Shown here in pieces: positions 51,257 to 61,924 of a stretch of 64,000 nt of DNA. How positions within the stretch are numbered: position 1 is the stretch's first letter; every line of letters begins with the position of its first letter. Source of the DNA: Fibrobacteria bacterium (GTDB taxonomy: Bacteria; Fibrobacterota; Fibrobacteria; UBA11236); assembly GCA_043745805.1 (NCBI GenBank), contig JAYTSD010000046.1, positions 32,001 to 96,000 on the forward strand. The letters are read 5' to 3'. The notes beneath the pieces were generated by a model. That model worked only from the letters and a program-made list of their open reading frames with translations, did no database searches and was not told where the DNA came from. The position numbers and the translations under genes are program-made.

Positions 51257-52158
51257 TAAACTTTCCGTCCACGATAAGGGATATCAAGATTGACTACCAA
51301 AACAACTTCGTTTCCAATTTCATTGTAAATGATTTCATCGAAAGCATAACGGGCCATCATAATGCCGCGACCGTTGCGATTTAATAAATTTTCTTTATTC
51401 GTAGGATCGGGTAAGGTATGCCAATTAAAACCTTGCCCTTGATCGGTGATAATATATTCTATGCGGCGCAAATGAGGAAAGATTTTAGAGCGAATGGTTA
51501 CCACTCGAGATTGAAAGGGTTCTTGATGAGCTCTTTCAATCGCCAAAGAATAGAAGCGTGAGGCTTTTAAAGCGTTACTTTTTTCTTCGAAGGAAATCCC
51601 CAAGTTACCATGCTCAATGGCATTGTTAATGATTTCGGATAAACCCAAAATAACATGATAGCGATGTTTTTCATTAGGGGGTAGGGTATAGGAAACTAAA
51701 CTCTTTGCCACTTGCATCACTAAGGAAAAATCATTGGGCATCACGATAATGCGTTCTTCATAAATTAGCGCAAAGGGATTATAGGTTTCGGTGTGATTCG
51801 CAATAACTTTACTGAGATTATATGCAAAATCATCGGGACGAAAAGGTAGTCCCAAACAAGCATAAGTTCCTGCTTGTAATAATTCCACTACCATATTTTT
51901 ATAGGAATCATCGAGTATGGCAAATAAAGGTAGGTCAGGATATTCGATTTTTATTTTGCGCACATACTCTAAAGGATGTTCGGGAATTTTATTCGCATTA
52001 AATGCGAACGCAAAAAATTGGCCTTTGGCTAAAAGGCGTTGAGCATCTTGGGCGTTAAAAGCCGTTTCCATGGCAAAGTCATGATTGAGAACAATAGTTT
52101 GAATAACCTCAAGGACAGCATCGTCCGATTCCAAAAGCAAAAGAGTTTTAGAATTCAT
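51256..52158 (-). CDS. Pseudo-receiver domain fused to an RsbW-like HATPase (anti-sigma kinase-like)
   Basis: REC-like fold lacking the phospho-Asp; LSEIINNAIEHGN, ITDQGQGF, GRGI; track start 52197. Confidence 0.8.
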   Translation of the reverse strand: MNSKTLLLLESDDAVLEVIQTIVLNHDFAMETAFNAQDAQRLLAKGQFFAFAFNANKIPEHPLEYVRKIKIEYPDLPLFAILDDSYKNMVVELLQAGTYACLGLPFRPDDFAYNLSKVIANHTETYNPFALIYEERIIVMPNDFSLVMQVAKSLVSYTLPPNEKHRYHVILGLSEIINNAIEHGNLGISFEEKSNALKASRFYSLAIERAHQEPFQSRVVTIRSKIFPHLRRIEYIITDQGQGFNWHTLPDPTNKENLLNRNGRGIMMARYAFDEIIYNEIGNEVVLVVNLDIPYRGRKV

Positions 52159-52311
52159 CCCCAAAAAAATCCCATCTATAAGTTTAATCGATCCCATGCC
52201 AGCTTATGGCCAAGCCTAAATTTAGTTAATCAAAAAGGAAATGAAACGGATAATTTGCAACCTTCGACGTGTAATCCTCAACTAGTTCGAACGATTTTTC
52301 TCAAGCGCAAA

Positions 52312-53184
52312 TTAGCTTTTCAGATTATCAAGAATGCTTTGAATTTCTGTAATGGATGCGGTGTACCGTTTACGGCAATATTCACAAAATAGTTCGGTAA
52401 TTTCCCCTTTATCAACAATATCGATTAAGGCTTCACGATCGAGTCCAGTCAAAGCGATTTTAACGCCGGATTCGGAACAAGGGCAAAAGGGACTAACAGG
52501 AATTTCACGATGGATTTCATAGGCAAAAGGACCAGCTAATTGATCGAGAAAAGTACTGAGATCAAAGGGTCCATCCGGCGTTTGAAATTGATCAAAGGCT
52601 AATAAATCACGCACATGTTGTTCCATAATAATGAGTGCTTTTTCGGTAGCATCTGGGAAAGCTTCGACTAAAAATCCCACGCAATACTCTAAACCTTTGG
52701 AGGTTACTTTGGCATGAATCCCTACAGCGGCGCGTGTTTGTTCGCTTTGGGCTAAATAAAAAGCGGTACTTGGTCCAATTTTGGCCGTAGGCATTTCTAC
52801 AATACCTTCATAAATAGGCGAGGCCTTTTCATTGAGTTTTCGCACCGACACGGTTTGGGGCAATAATACCGGTTCAAATTCACCGAGATTTTGTAATTCA
52901 TCATGTGAAATACGTGCGCGCACGAGACCTAACGGGGTGGCATCGGAGGTAACCTGTGAGAGATCCCCGGAAAAACGAAAGGTGACCCTTAAGGTTCCCG
53001 CATTTTTTAGTCCAGAGGCTAAAAGTAAAGACGCGACTATGGTTTCCCCTAAAACACTTTGCGCATATGCTTTGGCGCCATGATAATTACTAATGGTTCT
53101 TGCCGTTTCGGTGGCATCTACCACCACAAAACGCAGTGCAGCGATAGTTCCTGTAGCTCGTATAATGCGATCGTTTGACTTCAT
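52312..53184 (-). CDS. hslO: Hsp33 redox chaperone
   Basis: DRIIRA, YLAQSEQ, CPCS..CEYC zinc motif. Confidence 0.92.
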   Translation of the reverse strand: MKSNDRIIRATGTIAALRFVVVDATETARTISNYHGAKAYAQSVLGETIVASLLLASGLKNAGTLRVTFRFSGDLSQVTSDATPLGLVRARISHDELQNLGEFEPVLLPQTVSVRKLNEKASPIYEGIVEMPTAKIGPSTAFYLAQSEQTRAAVGIHAKVTSKGLEYCVGFLVEAFPDATEKALIIMEQHVRDLLAFDQFQTPDGPFDLSTFLDQLAGPFAYEIHREIPVSPFCPCSESGVKIALTGLDREALIDIVDKGEITELFCEYCRKRYTASITEIQSILDNLKS

Positions 53185-53284
53185 AGTTTTCGGGCTACAA
53201 AGTAGATAATAAGTGACGCTCGAGTTATTTTAATTCCGGTCTGGAAATGATTCATAGCAAATTAAAATTCAGGGAAGTTTGATC

Positions 53285-53845
53285 ATGGAAAAAAAAGCCT
53301 TAATAATGCTTTTCGAGGGATTTGAGGAAATAGAAGTGGTGGTTCCGGTGAATATTTTACGACGCGCGGGAATTTCCATCACCTTAGCTTCGCTGCAGAC
53401 CGCTTTGCAAGTAAAAGGGGGTCGCGGGTTAAATATTGTTGCGGAACGCTTTATGCAAGATTTACAACCCGAAGCATTTGACATTTTGATTTTGCCCGGA
53501 GGGCCTGGTGTATCTGCTTTAAAAGGGAATGCTCTATTACAAAAATGGATTTTATGTTTTGCCTTGCCGAATAAAATTTTGGCGGCTATCTGTGCGGCGC
53601 CGGTTTTGTTAGCCGAGGCCGGCGTTTTGAAAAATCACAAAAGCACCTCATTTCCTGGTGTTCAAAAGCAAATGCAAAATCAAGTGGGTGAATATGTGGA
53701 GGACAGAGTGGTCTGGGATGAACCCTTTTTAACCGCTCGAGGTGCGGGTGTGGCCGAAGAATTTGCATTTGCTTTAGTGGAGAAATTATGTGGATTGACT
53801 AAAGTGAAAGAAATAAAAGCAAAAATTTTAGCGAGAGAAGTATAA
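53285..53845 (+). CDS. DJ-1/PfpI (YajL-like) family protein
   Basis: GFEEIE, LRRAGI, LPGG, AAICAAP, TARGAG; track start 53279. Confidence 0.92.
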   Translation: MEKKALIMLFEGFEEIEVVVPVNILRRAGISITLASLQTALQVKGGRGLNIVAERFMQDLQPEAFDILILPGGPGVSALKGNALLQKWILCFALPNKILAAICAAPVLLAEAGVLKNHKSTSFPGVQKQMQNQVGEYVEDRVVWDEPFLTARGAGVAEEFAFALVEKLCGLTKVKEIKAKILAREV

Positions 53846-53867
53846 ATTCGAATATGATTTTCATAAA

Positions 53868-54596
53868 ATGCTAACGGCTTTTTATCCTTGGATTGGGGCT
53901 TTTCTTATTGGTTTATCTAAAGCTGGTTTTGCAACGGGCTTAGGTCTTTTAACCACTCCTTTGTTAGCGAGCGCCATTCCTGCTAAACAAGCTATTGGGG
54001 TCATTTTGCCCTTGCTTTGCATTTCCGATTTTTTAACGCTTACCTTGAATTGGAAAAAATGGCGTTGGTCTTTAATTCGTTCGCCATTATTAGGTGCTTT
54101 TGTAGGAATTGCCTGCGGTATGTTTTTTATTCATGCCATATCTGATATTTGGCTAAAACGATCAATAGGACTTTTAAGTTTGATATTAGTGTCCTTACTT
54201 TTTGTGCGTAATCGCTGGTATCCCACGCGTATTTATACACCAACCCTTTGGGAAGCCTTGGCTGTGGGGGTGTTTGCGGGATTTGCCTCTACGGTGGCTC
54301 ATGCAGCCGGACCGATTATGGCGCTTTATTTATTGGCACAAAAGGTGGATAAAAAAGTATTTGTCGCTTCAAACGCGATATTTTTCACAATTAATAATTT
54401 GATGAAAGTCCCTCCCTATGTATTTACCCATTTGATCACGGGTTCCACCTTAAAAGCAGATTTGTGGTATCTTCCAGCTATTCCCTTGGGGGTTTTAGTT
54501 GGTTACTTCCTCAATAGGATGCTACCGCAAAAAGTTTTTTATGGAGTCGTGTATGTTCTTTTACTGCTATCGGCCTTCCAATTATTGAGGGCTTAA
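53868..54596 (+). CDS. TauE/SafE sulfite exporter family protein
   Basis: GLSKAGF..G, LPLL..SD, GFASTVAHAAGP, NLMKVPPY. Confidence 0.88.
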   Translation: MLTAFYPWIGAFLIGLSKAGFATGLGLLTTPLLASAIPAKQAIGVILPLLCISDFLTLTLNWKKWRWSLIRSPLLGAFVGIACGMFFIHAISDIWLKRSIGLLSLILVSLLFVRNRWYPTRIYTPTLWEALAVGVFAGFASTVAHAAGPIMALYLLAQKVDKKVFVASNAIFFTINNLMKVPPYVFTHLITGSTLKADLWYLPAIPLGVLVGYFLNRMLPQKVFYGVVYVLLLLSAFQLLRA

Positions 54597-54641
54597 ATTT
54601 CTAATTGGCATTGTTGTCATTTATAGATAAAATAGGAGGGA

Positions 54642-56624
54642 ATGGAAAAAAATGGAATTTCACCGAATCTTCGCCTAAACTCAGCCTCTCCGGTTTCTGC
54701 GTCGAATCATCATCATTTGGTGGTGGAAAATAGTCCCATTCCGATTTGGAATATTTCCTTAAAAGGCGAAACACTTTATATAAATCCTGCGATGTGCAAA
54801 GTTCTTGAGATAAGTTCCGTGGAAGAAATTAAGGACTTTTCATTCCATGAATTTTTTACAGAAGCCACTGTTACTAAGATGATGACGGAGCTTGCTGCTC
54901 GACATGCCGGCAGAGACTCTTCCTATGAAGTGGAAGTCATTAGCAAAAATGGTAAACATTTACATATGATTTTGCATGGTAATCCCTTGCTCGATTTAAA
55001 GGGCGAGTTAAATAGCCTGCTTTTAACTTTCATTGATATTACCGAACGTAAAAGAGAAGACCTTGCTCTTCGTCAATCGGAAGAGCGCTTTAGATTAGCG
55101 GCTTTATGTACTAGCGATTTGATTTATGAATGGGATAGCTCCGACACTTTAATGTGGTTCGGGGATGTCGATGGTAGCTTGGGTTATGCACCGGGAGAAA
55201 TTGCGCGAACCTTGCAAGGCTGGGAAATGCTAGTGCATCCGGATGATTTATTAGCGGTTTTAAAAGCGGTGGAAAAACATCAAATCACTCGCGAACCCTT
55301 TTTTGAAGAATATCGAGTTAAAGATAAAAAAGGAAATTATCGCATCTGGAAAGATAGAGGCACTGCGGTTTGGGATGATGCAGGAAAGCCCATTCGCTGG
55401 GTTGGGGCGGTGCGTGACATTACCGATTTAAAAAATGCGGAAACCGCATTATGGGAAAAAGAAGAGTTGCTAAGGCAGTCGCAAAAAATGGAAGCCGTAG
55501 GCCGTTTAGCTGGTGGTATTGCTCATGATTTTAATAATTTGCTGGCTGCAACGATGGGTTATTGTGATTTGATAAGCTATCAATTAGAAAGTAATCATCC
55601 CAGTCGTGATCATGTTAACAATATTATTTTAGGGTGTGATCGCGCGGCCGGATTGATTCGTCAGCTATTGGCGTTTAGTCGCCAAGAAATATTACAACCT
55701 AAAATCATTGAATTAAATCCTTTGCTATTAGAGATGGAAAAATTATTCCGTCCTTTATTGGGAGCATTAATTCATTTAACCTTTGATTTAAGAGAAGAAA
55801 CCGGCTTGATAAAAATTGATCCGGTACAAATGGATCAAGTCATTATGAATTTAGTGGTGAATGCCCGTGATGCCATGCCTCAAGGAGGTAACATTAACAT
55901 TACCTCGGGATGCATAAAAGTCAAACATGAATTGTTGGTGGGGAATAAACTGTTATTAAGCGGAGAATATGCGCTTTTATCCGTGCAAGATACAGGATCG
56001 GGAATTTCTCCCGATACCATTTCCAAAATTTTTGATCCTTTCTTTTCCACCAAGGACAAAAGTCGTGGGACTGGCCTAGGGCTTTCTACGGTTTATGGAA
56101 TTGTGGAGCAAAATAATGGGGCTATTAGTGTGGAAAGTAAAATAGGGAAAGGGACTACCTTCCGTCTCTATTTTCCTAAAACCCAAGCCTTGCTTCATCA
56201 TGTTGCTGTTGACAATGCTTCTAATACACCATTAGTGGAAAGGCTACCCGTATCTATTTTGGTAGTAGAAGACGATGATGTTTTGCGTGGATTGATAGTA
56301 CAGATTTTAAGTTTCAAAGGTTTTTTAGTGCGCGATGTGGCCTTAGGAAAAGAGGCGCTGTCGCTATTAGAAACATATTCCCAAGAGACCGAGATATTGT
56401 TAACCGATATGATACTCCCGGGTATGGGTGGAAAAGAATTAGCGCAAAATGTGCATAAGCTTTACCCGCAAATTAAAATTCTTTTTATGTCGGGGTATAC
56501 CGAGGATGCTGTATTTCGCGATGAAGTGAGTGATGGACGCCGCTCCTTTTTGCATAAGCCCTTTAGTATGAAGTCGCTGGTGGAAAAAATAAAAGAGCTT
56601 ACCGCAAAGCCGGTTAAAGTCTAG
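54642..56624 (+). CDS. PAS-PAS hybrid histidine kinase with receiver (CckA-like architecture)
   Basis: QKMEAVGRLAGGIAHDFNNLL, NLVVNARDAM, DTGSG, FFSTK, GTGLGL; REC VVEDD..LTDM..KP. Confidence 0.94.
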   Translation: MEKNGISPNLRLNSASPVSASNHHHLVVENSPIPIWNISLKGETLYINPAMCKVLEISSVEEIKDFSFHEFFTEATVTKMMTELAARHAGRDSSYEVEVISKNGKHLHMILHGNPLLDLKGELNSLLLTFIDITERKREDLALRQSEERFRLAALCTSDLIYEWDSSDTLMWFGDVDGSLGYAPGEIARTLQGWEMLVHPDDLLAVLKAVEKHQITREPFFEEYRVKDKKGNYRIWKDRGTAVWDDAGKPIRWVGAVRDITDLKNAETALWEKEELLRQSQKMEAVGRLAGGIAHDFNNLLAATMGYCDLISYQLESNHPSRDHVNNIILGCDRAAGLIRQLLAFSRQEILQPKIIELNPLLLEMEKLFRPLLGALIHLTFDLREETGLIKIDPVQMDQVIMNLVVNARDAMPQGGNINITSGCIKVKHELLVGNKLLLSGEYALLSVQDTGSGISPDTISKIFDPFFSTKDKSRGTGLGLSTVYGIVEQNNGAISVESKIGKGTTFRLYFPKTQALLHHVAVDNASNTPLVERLPVSILVVEDDDVLRGLIVQILSFKGFLVRDVALGKEALSLLETYSQETEILLTDMILPGMGGKELAQNVHKLYPQIKILFMSGYTEDAVFRDEVSDGRRSFLHKPFSMKSLVEKIKELTAKPVKV

Positions 56625-56673
56625 TCGCTTAAGAATTTAAATTAGAGATTTAAATTAAAAGTTGTGATTTGCT

Positions 56674-57477
56674 TTATGTGGCGCAGGCAGGTTTATCGTA
56701 ATCAATTAATTGCTTTATAGTGGGCGAATCGCCACAGACCGCACAAAGAGGATCACGTGAGCCTCTATTTTCCCGAAAACGCATGTCTAAAGCATCGTAG
56801 ATTAAAAGCCTATCGGTTAATAATTCCCCAATGCCTAAGAGAAACTTCAAGGCTTCGGTAGCTTGTATGGATCCTATGGTTCCCGCAATTGCACCGAGTA
56901 CACCAGCCTCAGCGCAATTCATGACTGCACCGGCAGGAGGAGGTTCACGAAATAAACAGCGATAGCAACGACTTTTTCTTGGCATCACTGTCATTACTTG
57001 CCCTTCAAAGCGTAATATGCCGGCATGGCAAAAAGGCTTATGTGCCATAATACAGGCATCATTCACTAAAAATTTAGTAGCAAAATTATCACTGCCATCT
57101 ATAATGAAATCATAATCTTTAATCACTGATAAAATATTTTCAGCATTTAAAAAAAATGCATGCCTGTTCACTTGTATATGGGGATTGATTTGCCCAATTT
57201 TTTCTTGGGCCGAATCAATTTTGGATCGCCCTATATCCGGTGTAAAATGCAAAATCTGTCTTTGTAAATTACTGGCATCGACCACATCGCCTTCGGCAAT
57301 TCCTAAAGTGCCTACGCCCGCCGCCGCCAAATACAAAAGGGCTGGAGAGCCTAGTCCACCGGCACCCACACATAGTACCTTGCCGGCTTTAAGTTTACGT
57401 TGACCGGCAAAGTCAACGCTTTTTAAACTGAAATGACGCGCATAGCGTTGCATTTCGGCTTCGGAAAATATGGCCAT
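56674..57477 (-). CDS. moeB: MoeB/ThiF family sulfur-carrier adenylyltransferase
   Basis: RYARH, GAGGLGSP, SNLQRQI, DGSDNF, CYRC, C.VC; TAATG overlap with cysK; track start 57528. Confidence 0.88.
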   Translation of the reverse strand: MAIFSEAEMQRYARHFSLKSVDFAGQRKLKAGKVLCVGAGGLGSPALLYLAAAGVGTLGIAEGDVVDASNLQRQILHFTPDIGRSKIDSAQEKIGQINPHIQVNRHAFFLNAENILSVIKDYDFIIDGSDNFATKFLVNDACIMAHKPFCHAGILRFEGQVMTVMPRKSRCYRCLFREPPPAGAVMNCAEAGVLGAIAGTIGSIQATEALKFLLGIGELLTDRLLIYDALDMRFRENRGSRDPLCAVCGDSPTIKQLIDYDKPACAT

Positions 57478-58403
57478 TAATGTCCCTGATATAAAGGCGT
57501 GCTGAGATAACGTTCGCCGGTGTCGCAAAGTATAGCGACCAAGGTTTTGCCATTAAATTCAGGACGTTTTCCAACTTCACACAATGCATGAATATTAGCA
57601 CCCGAAGAAATACCGGCTAATATGCCTTCCTCATGCGCTAAGCGGCGAGCCATGAAGGCGGCTTCTTCATTGGTGACTTTGATCACTTCATCATAAATTT
57701 TGGTGTTTAAAACTTTCGGTACAAAGCCTGCGCCAATACCTTGTATTTCATGACGACCTGGTTTGCCGCCCGATAATACGGGCGAAGCGGCGGGTTCAAT
57801 GGCAAAAATTTTCACACTAGGTTTTTTGGCTTTTAAAACTTCGCCCACGCCGGTTATGGTACCGCCTGTGCCTACACCCGCAATAAACGCATCTACCGTG
57901 CCATCGGTGTCTTCCCAAATTTCCTGTGCCGTAGTAAGCCGATGAATTTCGGGATTAGCGGGATTGTCAAATTGTTGCGGCATAAAGCAATCGGAACGAG
58001 AGCTGACTATTTCAATGGCCTTTTCGATGGCTCCTGTCATACCTAGGGTTGCAGGGGTTAACATCAATTCGGAGCCATAGGCTTTTAATAAATTTCGGCG
58101 CTCTTCACTCATGGATTCGGGCATTACTAAAATAGTTTTATACCCTTTTACCGAAGCAATCCAAGATAAAGCAATACCCGTATTACCACTAGTGGGTTCA
58201 ATAATAGTCATACCCGGCTTGAGTTTGCCGCTTCGTTCCGCATCTTCCAACATATTCAAAGCAATACGATCTTTGATGGATCCGCCGGGATTCCAATGTT
58301 CCAGTTTAACTAAGAACAATGAATTTTGATGCGGCACTACCTTGGTTAAACGAAGCATAGGGGTTTTGCCGATTAATTCGGTTAAATGTCGATGGTATTT
58401 CAT
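57477..58403 (-). CDS. cysK: Cysteine synthase A
   Basis: [49 protein letters not shown]; track start 58409. Confidence 0.96.
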   Translation of the reverse strand: MKYHRHLTELIGKTPMLRLTKVVPHQNSLFLVKLEHWNPGGSIKDRIALNMLEDAERSGKLKPGMTIIEPTSGNTGIALSWIASVKGYKTILVMPESMSEERRNLLKAYGSELMLTPATLGMTGAIEKAIEIVSSRSDCFMPQQFDNPANPEIHRLTTAQEIWEDTDGTVDAFIAGVGTGGTITGVGEVLKAKKPSVKIFAIEPAASPVLSGGKPGRHEIQGIGAGFVPKVLNTKIYDEVIKVTNEEAAFMARRLAHEEGILAGISSGANIHALCEVGKRPEFNGKTLVAILCDTGERYLSTPLYQGH

Positions 58404-58420
58404 CCGCAATCCTCTTTCTT

Positions 58421-59161
58421 TTATAAACTAAAATCCGTGTGTAATCCACATTCTGTTTTATTTTGCCCTGCCCAGCGTCCGGAACGCGAATCTCCTTCTA
58501 TGGGGAGACTCGTGCAGGTTACGGGGCTACAACCAATGCTGGTATAGCCATCCTTGGCTAAAGGATGCTCTGGGATTTCCCAGAGACGCATATAGAGATC
58601 CACATCTTGTGCCGGCATATCCGCAAAGGGGCATATTTTAACCTTACCTTTTTGGAGTTGAGCAAAAGGGGTTAACTTGCGTGTTTCGGCTTGATCGCGT
58701 CGTAATCCCGTGATAAACGCGGTCACATCACTGCGACCTAAAAAACTGGCTTGCACGGCGACTTTATTTATAGCGCAACAGGCATTAGTGTCACTGATTT
58801 TAATCACATTGGCTACTTGCAAAGCATACCGATGATTGTCCGGCGCTTCGGGAAGCATTTCTTTTAAGTCTAATTTATAGCCTGAGACTAGAGTATCACG
58901 GTATTCCAAGGTTTCAGGAAAATGAAAGGTGGTATTGATGAAAAAAACGCGCACTGGAATTTTGAGGCGATATAAATGATGTAATAATAAACCCGAGTCG
59001 CGGCCAAAAGATGTGGTGGCAATTAAACCCGATGCAAAAATGGAAAATATTTTTTGCAGGCGTTCATCGACGGAAAGTGTGGCTAACTCTTGATTGAGAG
59101 CATGTACAAACTCTTCATCATAAACTGGAGTGGAGTTTGACTTGTCGGTTACCTTTTCCAT
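58421..59161 (-). CDS. cysH: APS/PAPS reductase
   Basis: TTSFG, NT.FHFPET, CC..NKV, TGLRRDQ, GY.SIGC, RSGRW, ECGLH. Confidence 0.9.
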   Translation of the reverse strand: MEKVTDKSNSTPVYDEEFVHALNQELATLSVDERLQKIFSIFASGLIATTSFGRDSGLLLHHLYRLKIPVRVFFINTTFHFPETLEYRDTLVSGYKLDLKEMLPEAPDNHRYALQVANVIKISDTNACCAINKVAVQASFLGRSDVTAFITGLRRDQAETRKLTPFAQLQKGKVKICPFADMPAQDVDLYMRLWEIPEHPLAKDGYTSIGCSPVTCTSLPIEGDSRSGRWAGQNKTECGLHTDFSL

Positions 59162-59200
59162 TTCGTTTTTTATCCCTTTAAAGCTATTGGGCTACAAAGC

Positions 59201-59641
59201 CTATAAATAATACATCAAAGCCGATTCTGTTTTGTTTTTTGCTTTTTCGGCGAGATCTGCTAAAGTTACCGAGGTCAATACATTTTCTACTAATTCTCGA
59301 CATTCTTGCATCTTATGCGCAATTAAAGCATTAATCACATTTTGTCCGCCTTCAATATCCGAACAGGGAATAAATTGGCCTTCCGTGGATTTTAAAATAC
59401 GCGCAAGATTTATGTTTTCGGGAATATCGGCTAATTGATACCCTCCACTTTTTCCACGCGCCCCATTCACTAATCCCACACTTTTCATGAGGATGGCAAT
59501 TTGTTCGAGGAACTTAAAAGGAATGGCATATTCCTCAGCAATTTCTCGCAAATGCACCGCCTTATTAGGATTTTGTTTACCCTTAATGGCCAAGGCGCAA
59601 AGGAATTGCAAGGCATACATGGTTTTGGAGGAGACCTTCAT
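59201..59641 (-). CDS. Rrf2 family regulator, CymR-like
   Basis: IA....IPFKFLEQI, ARGKSGGYQL, TLADL; C-terminal MYYL; heads cysH-cysK. Confidence 0.9.
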   Translation of the reverse strand: MKVSSKTMYALQFLCALAIKGKQNPNKAVHLREIAEEYAIPFKFLEQIAILMKSVGLVNGARGKSGGYQLADIPENINLARILKSTEGQFIPCSDIEGGQNVINALIAHKMQECRELVENVLTSVTLADLAEKAKNKTESALMYYL

Positions 59642-59652
59642 GCCTCTAATTT

Positions 59653-59673
59653 AACATATAAAACATATATGAA
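59653..59673. promoter_or_regulatory. Putative Rrf2/CymR autoregulatory operator
   Basis: AACATATA-N5-TATATGAA, 11 bp upstream of the rrf2 ATG; same spacing as the two cysD sites. Confidence 0.45.
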
Positions 59674-59734
59674 CAATATGGGCGATATAAATGGCGTTTT
59701 TATTAAAATTAGGCCTATTTGTTTGAAAAGGAGA

Positions 59735-60682
59735 TTAGCCGCCGATTTGATTCATGGGTTGGTCAATATGATGAATGCGTCCGCTGGGTTTTAAGGCCAT
59801 CACACGATGCAAGGTTTCGAGATAATCCAAGGGATCGAGGTTACGTAAATTCAACCCCTCTTCGGAAAATAAACAAGCGCGTAACTTGCCAGTTGCGGTT
59901 AAGCGCAAGCGCGAACAGCCGCCACAAAATGGTTGGCTTTCTGAGGCAATAAAACCTATTCGAGCACCATTTAAATTGGTGAAATTAAAAGAGGTGGAAT
60001 CGCGAGGCATGGGAATCGCAATGAGTTCATGCAAATTTTCAATGCTATCGATCATTTCCTGCGCGGAGATAAAACGTTCGGGATGATTTTCATAGGCGGG
60101 GCCAATTTTCATAAGTTCCAAAAAGCGAACTTCAAGATCATTTTCTGCGGAAAATTTTACGAAGTCCAAAATCTCATCGTCATTGATTCCACGAAAAATC
60201 ACGGCATTCACTTTGACCTCAAAGCCCATATTTTTGGCCGCGAATATACTCTCGATCACCTCGTTAAAATGTTGGCGGCGCGTGAACCTGTTAAACTTAT
60301 TAGCTTGTAGGCTATCCATGCTAATATTGAGGTTTTGACAACCCAATTCTTTGAGTAATGGCAAATGTTTTTGCAGTAAAAATCCATTGGTGGTGAGGCC
60401 AAATTTTTTCCAAGGAATGCGAGATAGCTTTTGTATGATCTCGGGAAAGTCAGTTCGCAAAGTAGGCTCACCGCCAGTAACACGCAATTCATCAATACCC
60501 AATTGATTTAAAATACTGCAAATACTAAAAAATTCGGATGAACTTAATAAAGTATTGGCGGGTTGAAAATTCATATTTTCCGGCATACAATAAAAGCAAC
60601 GGAAATTACACGCATCTGTAAGCTGTACGCGCACCTTATGAATATGCCGACCTTGATCATCATGTAATTGCAGCGCTTCCAT
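59735..60682 (-). CDS. moaA: GTP 3',8-cyclase
   Basis: TDACNFRCFYCM, TGGEP, TTNG, FCGGCSRLRL..GKLRACL, terminal IGG; track start 60697. Confidence 0.95.
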   Translation of the reverse strand: MEALQLHDDQGRHIHKVRVQLTDACNFRCFYCMPENMNFQPANTLLSSSEFFSICSILNQLGIDELRVTGGEPTLRTDFPEIIQKLSRIPWKKFGLTTNGFLLQKHLPLLKELGCQNLNISMDSLQANKFNRFTRRQHFNEVIESIFAAKNMGFEVKVNAVIFRGINDDEILDFVKFSAENDLEVRFLELMKIGPAYENHPERFISAQEMIDSIENLHELIAIPMPRDSTSFNFTNLNGARIGFIASESQPFCGGCSRLRLTATGKLRACLFSEEGLNLRNLDPLDYLETLHRVMALKPSGRIHHIDQPMNQIGG

Positions 60683-61911
60683 TAATTTTTTACCCATGCA
60701 AAAAAGGGAGCTACATAACCTTTAGGAAAATAACCCTCATGAGCAAATTCTGAATTTAATTCTATAACACCTTGGCTATGTGTAAGTGCGGCAAAGTCTC
60801 CTGAGCCATGATGCTTAATGGGTTGCGCATAACAACTTCCGTCTCGACTATATTCTAAGGCCACTGGGCAAAATATAGTGAGTGGCGAGGCTTTGACATT
60901 TTCTTTTAATACGGTATAAATCTGGGGTTTCTTTTCCCCCAAAATACCCTGTAATAAGGGCTGTACATAACGGGTTAAACAAGTCAGAGCCGACATGGGA
61001 TTACCTGGCAAGCCAAATACAAATTGGCCTTGTGGACCCTTTCCAAACCAAAGTGGTTTTCCAGGTTTTTGTTTTACCTTATGAAAAATCTCAGTAACTT
61101 CTAATTGACGTAATACGTGAGGTACATAATCAAAGCGACCCGCGGAGACTCCGCCGCTTAAAATCAGTAAATCATTTTCAGCGAGGAGTTTTTTTAAGCC
61201 ATGCAAAAGGATTTGTTCATTGTCATTAAAATGATGCCGAGAAATGTGTTCGCAACCCCAAAGTTTAAGCGCTGCTTCAATGGCATACACATTGGACAAA
61301 CGAATTTGATACGGTAAGGGTTGTTCGTGGATTTCCACTAATTCATCACCTGTGGCAATAATCGCAATGCGTGGCAAAGCAGAAACTTGTAAATGAGTTT
61401 TTCCCATGGAGGCCGCAATGGCTATTTCCGCAGGGCCTAAGTGAGTATTTTCCGCTAAAACGATTTGCCCTTGCTGAATATCCAAGCCTTGTAAATGAAC
61501 GTTTTGATTCTTTGTGACAGGAATATTCTCTTCGCGCAAAATACAAAAGCCATTTTCGAAGGTAACCTCTTCGATACGTACCACCGTGTCACAACCTTGC
61601 GGCAAAGTGGTTCCTGTCATAACTTCAATACAGGAGTCTTTATGGTCTAAGGCCAATGGGGCTTGGCCGGCTTTTTGAATATCTTGATGATGGAATTTAC
61701 GTTGCCCCTTTTTCCAAGCCGCAAAATCAATAGCAATGCCGTCCATGGCAACGCGGTGAAAAGGAGGTTGGTCACGATCGGCAAATACTGTTTCCCGCAA
61801 AATTTTTCCGGCGGCTTTAGGGAGCGAGCAAGAAATGCCTGCTGAAAGTCGCACTGATTCGGCAATTAATTTTTCGGCTTCTATTACTGTAACCATAAAA
61901 CCATTGAGCAT
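60682..61911 (-). CDS. moeA: Molybdopterin molybdotransferase
   Basis: PPFHRVAMDG, VMTG, TGDEL, SGGVSAGRFD, KPGKP, GLPGNP, GSGD; start 61911 or 61896 (track 62055). Confidence 0.94.
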   Translation of the reverse strand: MLNGFMVTVIEAEKLIAESVRLSAGISCSLPKAAGKILRETVFADRDQPPFHRVAMDGIAIDFAAWKKGQRKFHHQDIQKAGQAPLALDHKDSCIEVMTGTTLPQGCDTVVRIEEVTFENGFCILREENIPVTKNQNVHLQGLDIQQGQIVLAENTHLGPAEIAIAASMGKTHLQVSALPRIAIIATGDELVEIHEQPLPYQIRLSNVYAIEAALKLWGCEHISRHHFNDNEQILLHGLKKLLAENDLLILSGGVSAGRFDYVPHVLRQLEVTEIFHKVKQKPGKPLWFGKGPQGQFVFGLPGNPMSALTCLTRYVQPLLQGILGEKKPQIYTVLKENVKASPLTIFCPVALEYSRDGSCYAQPIKHHGSGDFAALTHSQGVIELNSEFAHEGYFPKGYVAPFFAWVKN

Positions 61912-61924
61912 ATTATTGACTCGC

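Noticed and set aside
59649..59676. dif-like site (ATTTAACATAT resembles the XerD arm; xerC is in the window)
   Set aside because: Spacing is CATA-N9-TATG rather than N8 as in dif, the XerC arm is poor, and it abuts a start codon; an Rrf2 operator fits better
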